A stretch of DNA of 64,000 nt from Candidatus Poribacteria bacterium (GTDB lineage: Bacteria; Poribacteria; WGA-4E; WGA-3G), in assembly GCA_965215265.1 (NCBI GenBank), contig OZ244048.1, positions 4,448,001 to 4,512,000 of the forward strand, read 5' to 3'. Shown here piece after piece: positions 10,115 to 18,780 of this stretch. The notes beneath the pieces are model-generated. The model searched no databases. It had not been told where the DNA came from and saw nothing but the letters and a program-made list of their open reading frames with translations. Numbering within the stretch: position 1 is the stretch's first letter; each line of letters begins with the position of its first letter. The position numbers and the translations under genes are program-made.

Positions 10115-10208
10115 GCTTCTGTCTGCTTCTCGTTTTTTGAGCATTCCCGAAAGCATGGGCAATTGAGCAGGGGGCTCCATGCTTCCGTCTGCTTCTCGTT
10201 TTTTGAGC
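10115..10208. repeat. repeat-spacer-repeat unit (28 + 38 + 28 nt); spacer matches 36105-36140
   Basis: GCTTC(T/C)GTCTGCTTCTCGTTTTTTGAGC at 10115-10142 and 10181-10208 (1 mismatch); 10145-10180 equals 36105-36140 at 35/36 nt. Confidence 0.9.
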
Positions 10209-10267
10209 GTCCTCTAGCACTGTAGTTGGCTTTCTTAGATTCTTGCGTTCTTGATGCTTTCTTATAA

Positions 10268-10297
10268 ATTATACCAGCATCTCTATTATTTTGTCAA
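10268..10297 (-). promoter_or_regulatory. strong sigma70 promoter for the repeat-containing leader and TA operon
   Basis: Minus strand TTGACA-18 nt-TATAAT with extended -10 TGG. Confidence 0.75.
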
Positions 10298-10436
10298 CGG
10301 CTTTTTTCTCCCCCAAAACCGACTTCTGGGCCATGGCTCACTTTTCTGCATTGACTTTTTTTCTGTGGTGTAGTAAACTCCCTCTTAACTTTTAGCTGCA
10401 GTCCGCTGCGATGAGGAAGAAAATAACATCAACTTT

Positions 10437-11672
10437 ATGAAAAAGATGCCGCCTCTGAACGTCTCTACACGTGTGCAGTTCTATTTCCTAACGTTTGCGC
10501 ATACCGTTTTGGATTCTTATGCGACACTTTTATCCCACCTATTACCGTTACTGCTGACAAAGCTCGTCTCATCTGCGGCGCGTAACAGTTATGCAGGCAG
10601 ATTCATAGCGGTGTACAGCGTGTTCAGTTCGTTAGGGCAGCTCGTCTTCGGGTGGCTGTCAGACCGGGTGAAAACGGTACATTTCCTAACGTTAGGGGTT
10701 GCGTTCACTGCGATGGGGTTGAGTCTATTGGGGCTGGCGCGTTCTCAATTTGTTGTGTATCTGTTATTGAGTGTTGGTGGGCTGGGTGTGGCGGCTTTTC
10801 ATCCGCAAGCGACGACGTATGCCGGTGCGCTTTCGGCAAAGGGAAGAGGGTTGGGTACCTCCGTTTTTTTGACCGGTGGAAACGTTGGCCGGGCACTCGG
10901 GCCATTGGTGCTGATGCTCCTCCCGTATCGCTTCGGTCTGAAGCACCTTGTCTGGGAGATGATACCGGGAGTTCTGGTGGCGTTGTTAGTGCCCAAGGTT
11001 CTTCGCTTTCCGCGCGAATTGGACGTTACTGCCCGGGCGTTCGGTGCAGAACCGAGTTCTAAGTTGGGGCCGGAGCATCCGTTAGGCACGCGCATCCCGT
11101 TGCGTCGCGGTGTGCTTTTTCCGCTGACGGTGCTATTCGTTATCGCAGCGTTCCGGACGGTTACGTCCGTGGGGTTAGAAAGTTTTCTCTCGATTCATCT
11201 GGCAGATGAGGCATATTCAAACCAGGTGCGTTCTTTGGTTATCGCGCTCTTTATTTTTGCGGGTTCAGTGGGCATCATGATTGGGGGCTGGTTTTCGAGT
11301 CGGATTAATACATACATCCTATTGTTGTTCTCGCTCGTCGGTGCGCCGCCGCTTCTGTATGCGTCGCTTCACACGGATGGGGTGTCTTTCCTTATCTTTC
11401 TGTTTTTAGGCAATGTGGTTCTTTCAAGTTCGATCACGATTAACATTGTGCTTGCACAAATGCTGCTGCGTGGGCATGAAAACATCGCGTCAAGTCTGAT
11501 GATGGGTGCTGTGTGGGGTGTCGGTGGGTTATTGAATATACAAGTTGGGGCATTAGGGGACCGGTTTGGGCTGCCGATAGTGTTAGATGGGTTGGTGATG
11601 CTGCCGGTGGTGATGGCTCCGCTCCTGCTGCTGCTCCGTGCTCAGCCGGATTTGTCAAAGGTGCCGAAATAG
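10437..11672 (+). CDS. MFS transporter (Fsr-like)
   Basis: About 12 TM segments, FGWLSDR motif A, GVAAFHP, GGNVGRALGP. Confidence 0.92.
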   Translation: MKKMPPLNVSTRVQFYFLTFAHTVLDSYATLLSHLLPLLLTKLVSSAARNSYAGRFIAVYSVFSSLGQLVFGWLSDRVKTVHFLTLGVAFTAMGLSLLGLARSQFVVYLLLSVGGLGVAAFHPQATTYAGALSAKGRGLGTSVFLTGGNVGRALGPLVLMLLPYRFGLKHLVWEMIPGVLVALLVPKVLRFPRELDVTARAFGAEPSSKLGPEHPLGTRIPLRRGVLFPLTVLFVIAAFRTVTSVGLESFLSIHLADEAYSNQVRSLVIALFIFAGSVGIMIGGWFSSRINTYILLLFSLVGAPPLLYASLHTDGVSFLIFLFLGNVVLSSSITINIVLAQMLLRGHENIASSLMMGAVWGVGGLLNIQVGALGDRFGLPIVLDGLVMLPVVMAPLLLLLRAQPDLSKVPK

Positions 11673-11719
11673 AAAAGTGCATCGTGTGCGGGCGCTCGCT
11701 TCTACCGTTCTACCGTCCG

Positions 11720-12877
11720 TCAAAAACTCCACAAGAGACTAAGGAAATGGGTGTTGATTAAATCACCTATGAGGAGTGCGTAATCGAGACGGAACCGGCG
11801 AAGCTGAATGCCGATGCCGCTTGTTAAGCGTCCGTCTCGGTAACCGGCCCGGAGTGCCATTAGCACGCTGATATGATATTCAATGCCGATGTGCGTCTGT
11901 CCGCCATAGCGGCTCTGCCACTGATAGGCGAGGATGAGTTTTCGACTGAAAACGTTGGTGTTAAAATATGTAATGCCGAAATTCCAGTTTTCAGGGATGG
12001 ATTCTTTAATGGCGGAGCTGGTATTCCATGTTAAGGTCGTCTTGGAGATGTCTTGTAAATTGAGCCCGAGGGCGAAGCTGCCAACATTTTCAAGTCCGAA
12101 AAGTGCGTTGAGATCGGGTAGGCGGATGAGCATTCCTGCATCGAAGCCGTATCCGCTGTTTCCGTAGTCGCGAGTCTCCTGAGGCGTAGGCGTGGTGAAT
12201 CCGGTGATAGGTTCTGCTGGCGTTTGAGCGAGCGTTGCACTGCCGCCGAGGCGCTGTGAAATCCATTTGGCGTTAATACCGAATAGGAATTCCGGTGGCA
12301 CGGAGTCTCGTCCGAAGTTATCCCACCAAGATTGGCTAACAGCGAAGCGGGTTGCACATGTGAGGAGGTAGGCGTTTTCATTATCGCTGAGGAAGCCGGT
12401 CGGTACGAAGTCTTTCTCTTTAGGACGGTATCTAGTGAGATTTTTCCGTTGTTCGGCAGTGATATTTGGGTCAAACGCGGGTATCGTTGGATAGATAGGG
12501 ATATCGTCAATCCCGGCGCGAATCCACGAGAGCCCGAGTGAAAGGTTGGGTATAATCTGCTTGACGGCGGCTAGATAGTTGAAAGCCCCTAGTCCGGAGC
12601 GACGCGCGGCGTGCATGAAACAGAATTGGTAATTGTGTGAGAGTTTTGCGATTCCGGCGGGGTTCCAGTAGGTTGCAGTGGCATCGTCGGCGATGCTAAC
12701 ATAGGCACCGCCTAAACCGAGCGCACGCGCGCCGACTCCGTTGGTTAAAAAATCGCCGGTGTAATTCTCTGCCGATGCAGTGGCGAGCAGAATAATGCAA
12801 CCGAATCCGATAAGTATGAAGCATTTTAGGTTAACCAATGATTTCCATATCCTTCCTGTTTTGCGAGTCCTTCTCAC
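11720..12877 (-). CDS. PorV/PorQ-family (FadL-like) outer-membrane beta-barrel
   Basis: Signal peptide, FLTNGVGARALGLGGAYVSIADDATATYWNPAG, C-terminal ALRAGY...RLDYA...THFLSLLWSF. Confidence 0.88.
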   Translation of the reverse strand: MRRTRKTGRIWKSLVNLKCFILIGFGCIILLATASAENYTGDFLTNGVGARALGLGGAYVSIADDATATYWNPAGIAKLSHNYQFCFMHAARRSGLGAFNYLAAVKQIIPNLSLGLSWIRAGIDDIPIYPTIPAFDPNITAEQRKNLTRYRPKEKDFVPTGFLSDNENAYLLTCATRFAVSQSWWDNFGRDSVPPEFLFGINAKWISQRLGGSATLAQTPAEPITGFTTPTPQETRDYGNSGYGFDAGMLIRLPDLNALFGLENVGSFALGLNLQDISKTTLTWNTSSAIKESIPENWNFGITYFNTNVFSRKLILAYQWQSRYGGQTHIGIEYHISVLMALRAGYRDGRLTSGIGIQLRRFRLDYALLIGDLINTHFLSLLWSF

Positions 12878-13740
12878 ACAAGATTTAAGTCAAAGACGTT
12901 CCAGTAGTATTGATACTTTGTGGATTTCCATCCGTTATAGATTTCATCCCAACCCATCCGATTGAAATGGGGTAAGAGTGAACCTGCTGTAACGGGTTTT
13001 GAGCATCCTTGGTATCGGTAATCAACCGAAAGACGCATCAGATTTCGCGTCTGATTGGGCAATGCCTTGTGCACGGTGTGGCTGTGAAAGAAGATGGCAT
13101 CGCCAAGTTTGTAATCGCCGGTGGCCCAGTGTAAACCGTCTGCTTCCAAGGGGGCGGTATCGATACCGAGTCCTCCAGCCCCGTGGGCAGGCTTGACCGG
13201 AAGGATGCCGGATCGATGTGAACCGACAAGGATTGACAACCCACCCAAGGCTTGTGGGCAGTCGCCAAGTGGAATCCAACCGGTGTAGGTTTCCTCAGTG
13301 CCGCGGATGTGGATGAAATCCTGATGCGCGGGCGTTGTGTATTTAGTGTTCTCTGGGAACATAATTCTTCCAATATTCCGGGGGTGTACGAGCGTTTTCT
13401 CGGAGAACAATTTATCGCACATGTCGAGAATCGCGGGGTGATGTGCGAAAGCGTGGAAGGATTCGAGAGATTGGAATTTGTCTAAAACCGGCCAATAGCC
13501 GTCATCGCCTTCCATAAGAGGGGTGCCGTTTCGGATGCCGTGCATGAGGTTTTGGCCCCCTTCAACCCAGCCGTGTCGATGACAGATTTCTAAGAATTCT
13601 CGGCGCAAATTGAGAATGGATTCGGTATCGATGAGGCGGCGAAAGTAGAGATAGCCGTCCTGCTGTGCCCGTTGGCGGAGTTTCTCGGCATCATCTAAGA
13701 GGGCATTTGAGACAGTGAAGGGGATAATATTTTTCATCAT
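12874..13740 (-). CDS. phytanoyl-CoA dioxygenase (PhyH) family Fe(II)/2-oxoglutarate oxygenase
   Basis: TPAHQD, WIPLGD, GGLSILVGSH, GDAIFFHSHTVH..PN...RLSVDYRY. Confidence 0.92.
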   Translation of the reverse strand: MMKNIIPFTVSNALLDDAEKLRQRAQQDGYLYFRRLIDTESILNLRREFLEICHRHGWVEGGQNLMHGIRNGTPLMEGDDGYWPVLDKFQSLESFHAFAHHPAILDMCDKLFSEKTLVHPRNIGRIMFPENTKYTTPAHQDFIHIRGTEETYTGWIPLGDCPQALGGLSILVGSHRSGILPVKPAHGAGGLGIDTAPLEADGLHWATGDYKLGDAIFFHSHTVHKALPNQTRNLMRLSVDYRYQGCSKPVTAGSLLPHFNRMGWDEIYNGWKSTKYQYYWNVFDLNLV

Positions 13741-13780
13741 GTGCTTCCTTCTGATATTACTGACGGATTGATTGGAAACA

Positions 13781-13887
13781 TTATATCAACAATATGGGGC
13801 ATCTGTCAACTAAAACTGCGTTTTCCGGTCTGTATGCGATTTATGTTCAAATTTTCAGTTGACGTGTTCTTGGTTTTGGGTTATAGT
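13781..13887. promoter_or_regulatory. back-to-back sigma70 promoters
   Basis: Minus: TTGACA-18-TATAAT (phyH side); plus: TTGACG-17-TATAGT (13930 side). Confidence 0.65.
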
Positions 13888-13929
13888 ATATCATAATCAC
13901 CCGGGCACGTCTATGGAGGAAAACACGCA

Positions 13930-14223
13930 ATGTTATTTGTTATCTTTGTCCTTGTCATTCCTATCACCGTTTGGGTGATTTTACACTTTATGACTCGAGA
14001 AAAATCGAGCGGCGAGTCTCCTGCGGAGGAAGTGAAAGATGTGTGTGCGCTCTGCCACCAAGAATTTCAGATAGACCGGCTGCTCGAGAAAGAGGTCGGG
14101 GAGTATGGGCGCATCTACTGCTTTTGCGGGGCATGTATTAAGGGTTTGTCGCGTGAATATGAAGATACCCGCGAACAGCACGTGCACGCTGGTCCGGAAC
14201 AAAAAGCCTCAGGATTGGAATAA
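13930..14223 (+). CDS. small membrane-anchored protein with CxxC...CxxC putative zinc site
   Basis: GGAGG RBS, N-terminal TM, CALC and CFCGAC. Confidence 0.75.
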   Translation: MLFVIFVLVIPITVWVILHFMTREKSSGESPAEEVKDVCALCHQEFQIDRLLEKEVGEYGRIYCFCGACIKGLSREYEDTREQHVHAGPEQKASGLE

Positions 14224-14234
14224 GGAGTTTTTCT

Positions 14235-15278
14235 ATGTATGATTTGGTAACGTTTGGTGAAGCGATGATTCGGCTGACTGCGCCGGAGTATATGCGGCTG
14301 GAGCAGGCGACATCGCTCGCCATGACAGCAGGCGGCGCAGAGATGAACGTCGCGGTGAACGCTGCGCAGCTCGGTTTGAGAGCCGCCTGGGTATCTCGAT
14401 TGGTTGATAACTGGTCTGGCCGCTATATCTGTAACAAGGGCCGCGAGTACGGCGTGGATATGTCGCATATCGTCTGGGTGGATTTTGACGGGGTTGGGTT
14501 GGAACGCAACGGGTTTTATCACCTTGAATTAGGAGCAGGGCCGCGCGCGAGCAGCGTCACCTATGATAGGGCACATTCGGCAATCTCAAAGGTTCAACCT
14601 GGTGAGATTGATTGGGCATCTCTTTTTAGTAATACGCGGTGGTTTCACCTGAGTGGGATTACGCCAGCATTGTCAGCATCGGCGGCGGCGGTTTCAGCGG
14701 AGGCACTTCAAGCCGCACGGGCAGCAGGTGTCAAAACGAGTTACGATTTGAACTTCCGTTCCAAGTTGTGGAATGCAGAGCAAGCACAAGCCGTGAATCA
14801 GCCGATGATGGAGCATGTTTGTGTGCTCATCGGGAATGAGGAAGATTTTGAGAAATCGCTCGGTTTCGCAGCAGAAGGTACGAATGAGGCGTACAGCAAA
14901 CTGGAGCCGGACAGTTACAAAGTTGTGGCGCAGCGAGTCAAAGAGGCGTTTCCGAACATTGAGATGATCGGCACGACGTTGCGCGATGCGAAAACAGGCT
15001 GGCTCAATGACTGGCGTACGCTTCTATTTGATGGGGCGGAATTCTATCTGTCTCGTATCTATGAAAACTTGGAATTAGTAGACCGGGTTGGTGGCGGTGA
15101 TAGTTTTTCGTCGGGATTAATCTATAGTCTACTGAACGAAAAATCGCCGCAGGAGGCAGTGGATTTCGCCGGTGGTTACTCCGCTTTGGCACATACCTTC
15201 CCCGGCGATTTCAATTGGGCAACGGCAGAAGAGGCAGAAAAAGCGATGCAGGCAGGCAGTGTGCGTATTAGTAGGTAA
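14235..15278 (+). CDS. kdgK: PfkB-family sugar kinase, 2-keto-3-deoxygluconate kinase-like
   Basis: VTFGEAMIRL, GGAEMNVA, HLSGITPAL, SYDLNFRSKLW, DRVGGGDSF. Confidence 0.85.
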   Translation: MYDLVTFGEAMIRLTAPEYMRLEQATSLAMTAGGAEMNVAVNAAQLGLRAAWVSRLVDNWSGRYICNKGREYGVDMSHIVWVDFDGVGLERNGFYHLELGAGPRASSVTYDRAHSAISKVQPGEIDWASLFSNTRWFHLSGITPALSASAAAVSAEALQAARAAGVKTSYDLNFRSKLWNAEQAQAVNQPMMEHVCVLIGNEEDFEKSLGFAAEGTNEAYSKLEPDSYKVVAQRVKEAFPNIEMIGTTLRDAKTGWLNDWRTLLFDGAEFYLSRIYENLELVDRVGGGDSFSSGLIYSLLNEKSPQEAVDFAGGYSALAHTFPGDFNWATAEEAEKAMQAGSVRISR

Positions 15279-15560
15279 ATAAATTTCTTTATCATGTTGT
15301 GAGCTCCGTCTAGAGATATCCTCTTGTTCCGAAAATTCATCCGCCAAATTGGTGGGATTAAAAGGATTCGATGGTTCGATCAACTACGGCGTTTTGATTC
15401 CAAATTGGCACGATTAAAAGTCTTTTGCATTAAGAGCAAAGATGAGCACTATAGTTGCAAGGAGGGTGAGGTTGAGGTGCGATGCATGCTGAAGAGTACG
15501 ATGAAGGCGAAAGTTAAGAGAAGGCGACAGAACGTTATGGCATTTGCAAGCATAACCGGC

Positions 15561-15978
15561 TTATTCCTCCGGTGTGGTTGCGAGATATTTCGGATGGGAT
15601 TGGATGCCGGGGGGATAGTAGATTTCCCAGATTTTCACGAGGCCCTTCTCGAAGTTTTCCGTAGGGTAAATAGGAATGAATGCCTCGCTTGGCTCCCCAC
15701 GTAGAAATGGAGCTGTGGCAGCTTCTTTACCTGTTAACATGAGATGGGTGACAGTATGCGTTTTTAGGAATTCTAATGCCGCTCTCTCGTTTTTAGCGAA
15801 GTTGATCGACTGCTGGTAGAGATGTATCCAATGCGGTATGTAGTGGTCCTGATCCACAATAGTTTTCATCCCTGCCAGGACATTGAGTTGACTTCCGTGG
15901 TTCCAGTGAGCTGCAACGACGGAAGTAGATGGTAGGTTGCTTTTTATCCAATTGAACGCCTGGGCGAGGCTGCCCCTT
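15561..15978 (-). pseudogene. C-terminal fragment of an STT3-like glycosyltransferase (paralog of 46354-48498)
   Basis: Reads AFNWIKSNLPSTSVVAAHWNHGSQLNVLAGMKTIVDQDHYIPHWI...KIWEIYYPPGIQSHPKYL, aligning to the paralog's C-terminus; in-frame TAA just upstream and no TM region. Confidence 0.85.
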
Positions 15979-16034
15979 TAAGAGTGCTAGTGACGATTGC
16001 TGTCCCGATTTTTCGCATCACCCTAAGTTTAGTC

Positions 16035-16292
16035 TCAATCTTTCCGCGTTCGCGAACGTTGCTCATACTTTTTGTCAAGTTGCTTACGGCGTTCAGCATC
16101 TAAGTCAATCGGATCGTAAACGCATTTTAGAAAGGTGGTATCCGTTGAAAAGGCATAGAAGATCCTGTAGAAAAGCATTGGGTCTTGGACCGCAATCCGA
16201 AGCAAAGCCTCTGAGCGTCCATGTTTTTCAAAGAGGGCTTTTATCCATCGAACATCGTGGCGAAGCATCAATGTGGGGCGATTATCACGCAC
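16035..16292 (-). pseudogene. probable C-terminal gene remnant
   Basis: Protein-like helical sequence with no convincing start or RBS, between other fragments. Confidence 0.4.
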
Positions 16293-16384
16293 GGGAACTG
16301 GCAGTTCTACTCTGGCGAGAGATAATGGATAAGCCGTACCTGACGTTTTTCTAAGTCAGAGCAATTTTTTCATCTATCCAAAGC

Positions 16385-16425
16385 AAAAAAAATAGGGGCA
16401 ACCACTTGTGAGGGTGGCTGCCCCT
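16385..16425 (-). terminator. intrinsic terminator
   Basis: AGGGGCAGCCAC/GTGGTTGCCCCT stem followed by a T run on the minus strand. Confidence 0.75.
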
Positions 16426-16474
16426 GGTTAGGTTAGTTTAGTTTAGTTTAACTTAGAGCTCACTGCGGTGATGG

Positions 16475-16609
16475 CTAGCACTGGCGAACGCCGTTCCAGA
16501 TCCAGTTTATCACGATAAGCACTCTCGCGCCGCAGGTTGATGACACGCGCATCAGGGAAGTGAAGTGGCCAGAGGTGCAACCAGTGTCCGAAACGCCTGA
16601 GTCTAACAT
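16475..16609 (-). CDS. putative 44-aa peptide
   Basis: GGAGG RBS then ATG; MLDSGVSDTGCTSGHFTSLMRVSSTCGARVLIVINWIWNGVRQC; terminator follows. Below the ORF-track cut-off. Confidence 0.35.
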   Translation of the reverse strand: MLDSGVSDTGCTSGHFTSLMRVSSTCGARVLIVINWIWNGVRQC

Positions 16610-16628
16610 GACTTTACCTCCATGTTAA

Positions 16629-18485
16629 TTATTGTGACAGGGCTGAAATATTCGACACTTGCGTATCACTGAGATCCAACTTTTTCAAGTTGGTGAGGCC
16701 TGACAGTGCCGAGACATCCGACACTTGCGTACCCCCGAGATCCAGCTCTTCCAAACTAGTGAGCTCTGACAGTGCCGAGATATCCGACACTTGCGTACCC
16801 CCGAGATCCAGCTCTTCCAAACTAGTGAGCTCTGACAGTGCCGAGATATCCGACACTTGCGTTCCCCCGAGATCCAGCTCTTCCAAACTAGTGAGCTCTG
16901 ACAGAGGCGAGATATCTTCTACCGCCGCACCCGCAAGATTCAGCGTTTCTAAGTTGGTTGCGGATTGAAGGAAAGTCAGATCGCTAACGTCTGAGCCACC
17001 TAAATCGAGGCTTGTCAAGCGGAGCATATCTGCCACGGTGACAGACCTCGTCGCGGAGATGTTGAGTGTCTCCTCTATTTTCGCACGGAGCGCCGGAGAT
17101 GGAATGTTCACCACCGTTTGAGGTATGTGTGTCCCGCTGTTTGTTACCCCAAAACCTACCACTCTCAAGTTGGTGAGGTGTGACAGTGCTGAGATATCCG
17201 ACACTGGCGTATTAGTGATATCCAGCGTTATCAAGTTGATGAGGCTTGCCAGTGCCGAGATATCCGACACTCGCGTATTATCGAGATACAGCCTTATCAA
17301 GTTGGTGAGGTTTGCCAGCGGCGAGATATCCGACACTGGCGTTCCCCTGAGATACAGCGTTATCAAGTTGATGAGGCTTGCCAGTGCCGAGATATCCGAC
17401 ACTTGCGTTCCCCCGAGATCCAGCCATGTCAATCTGGTGAGGTTTGCCAGCGGCGAGATATCCGACACTTGCGTACCCCTGAGATCCAGCCTTGTCAAGT
17501 TGGTGAGGTTTGCCAGCGGCGAGAAATCCGACACTTGCGTCCTCGGGAGCTCCAGCGATGTCAAGTTGGTGAGGTTTGCCAGCGGCGAGATATCCGACAC
17601 TTGCGTAACGCTGAGATCCAGCCTTGTCAAGTTGGTGAGGTTTGACAGTGCCGAGATATCCGACACTCGCGTACTCTGGAGATTCAGCGTTATCAAGTTG
17701 GTGAAAGTTGACAGCAGCGAGAAATCCAACACTCGCGTACCCCTGAGATTCAGATATTCTAAGTTGGTGAGGGTTGCCAGCGGCGAGATATCCGACACTT
17801 CCGTACTCTCGAGAATCAGCTCTACCAAGTTGGTGAGGTTTGACAGTGCCGAGATATCCGACACTCGCGTACTAAGGAGATCCAGCCCTGTCAAGTTGGT
17901 GAGGTTTGCCAGCGGCAAGATATCCGACACTTGCGTACCCCTGAGAATCAGCGTTTCCAAGTTGGTGAGGTTTGACAGTGCCGAGATATCCGACACTTCC
18001 GTACTCTCGAGCTCCAGCTCTACCAAGTTGGTGAGGTTTGACAGTGCCGAGATATCCGACACTTGCGTAACCCCGAGCTCCAGCGTTGTCAAGTTGGTGA
18101 GGTTTGACAGTGCCGAGATATCCGACACTTGCGTTCCCCCGAGATACAGCGTTGTCAAGTTGGTTGCGGATTCAAGTCCTGTCAGATTGCTAACGTTTGA
18201 TTCCCTTAGATCGAGGACTGTCAAGCGGAGCATATCTGCCTGGGTGACAGCCGTCCCAGCGGCGATGCCGAGTGTCTCCTTGATTTCCGCAAGGAGCGCC
18301 GCATCCGGAATGTTCACTACTGGACTTTGGCTTACTGCCAGGGGGGCAATGAGTAACGAAAGCGTGATGCAAAATAGAATGGAACAGGTTAAGGGGTGTT
18401 TGTAAACGGCATAACAAGCGCAGCGATGAATAATAGAACTAAAACACTTAACATGTATAGGGGGGGGGTGAATTCTTCTCTTCAT
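16629..18485 (-). CDS. secreted internalin-like leucine-rich repeat protein (two cap + LRR modules, about 22 repeats of 22 aa)
   Basis: Signal-like hydrophobic stretch, cap VVNIPD/SxALxAxI twice, repeats LTNLxxLxLxxTxVSDISxL; 66-bp periodicity in the DNA. Confidence 0.95.
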   Translation of the reverse strand: MKRRIHPPPIHVKCFSSIIHRCACYAVYKHPLTCSILFCITLSLLIAPLAVSQSPVVNIPDAALLAEIKETLGIAAGTAVTQADMLRLTVLDLRESNVSNLTGLESATNLTTLYLGGTQVSDISALSNLTNLTTLELGVTQVSDISALSNLTNLVELELESTEVSDISALSNLTNLETLILRGTQVSDILPLANLTNLTGLDLLSTRVSDISALSNLTNLVELILESTEVSDISPLATLTNLEYLNLRGTRVLDFSLLSTFTNLITLNLQSTRVSDISALSNLTNLTRLDLSVTQVSDISPLANLTNLTSLELPRTQVSDFSPLANLTNLTRLDLRGTQVSDISPLANLTRLTWLDLGGTQVSDISALASLINLITLYLRGTPVSDISPLANLTNLIRLYLDNTRVSDISALASLINLITLDITNTPVSDISALSHLTNLRVVGFGVTNSGTHIPQTVVNIPSPALRAKIEETLNISATRSVTVADMLRLTSLDLGGSDVSDLTFLQSATNLETLNLAGAAVEDISPLSELTSLEELDLGGTQVSDISALSELTSLEELDLGGTQVSDISALSELTSLEELDLGGTQVSDVSALSGLTNLKKLDLSDTQVSNISALSQ

Positions 18486-18780
18486 ATTATCTAATACCTC
18501 GTTATTCTTTATCCCGTTAGGATATAAACTTTACTTTATAGTTCGGACTAAGTTTCCGAACAGACTACGTTTTCAACACTTTTTGCCAATTCGTAAGACG
18601 TGCACACAGGTGTTCAAGAAAAGGAAATCGTATTTGTGAGTCACTTTCCAAAAAATCAAGTGCATTCACAAACTCTCAACGGACACGTCCATTCATTCTT
18701 TCACTTTTAAAGAACACTTTTGCTCTCTTCGCAAAAGGTTATTTGATTTATATAAATTATACCTCAAGAAGAAGTGTTTG

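Noticed and set aside
10115-10208. Canonical CRISPR array call
   Set aside because: Only two repeats, no typical termini or strong palindrome, and no cas genes in the window; reported as a repeat instead.
10014-10220. 68-aa ORF with repeated AQKTRSR
   Set aside because: It is the translation of the repeat-spacer-repeat unit. The 66-nt period keeps the frame open and there is no clear RBS; translation is not fully excluded.
15405-15431. TTGGCACG as a sigma54 promoter
   Set aside because: No TTGC at the required -12 spacing.
16700-18170. 66-bp periodic repeats as a CRISPR or guide array
   Set aside because: In-frame coding repeats that translate to canonical LRRs.
17125-18405. 426-aa plus-strand repetitive ORF (also 16690-16968)
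   Set aside because: Antisense shadow of the LRR gene.
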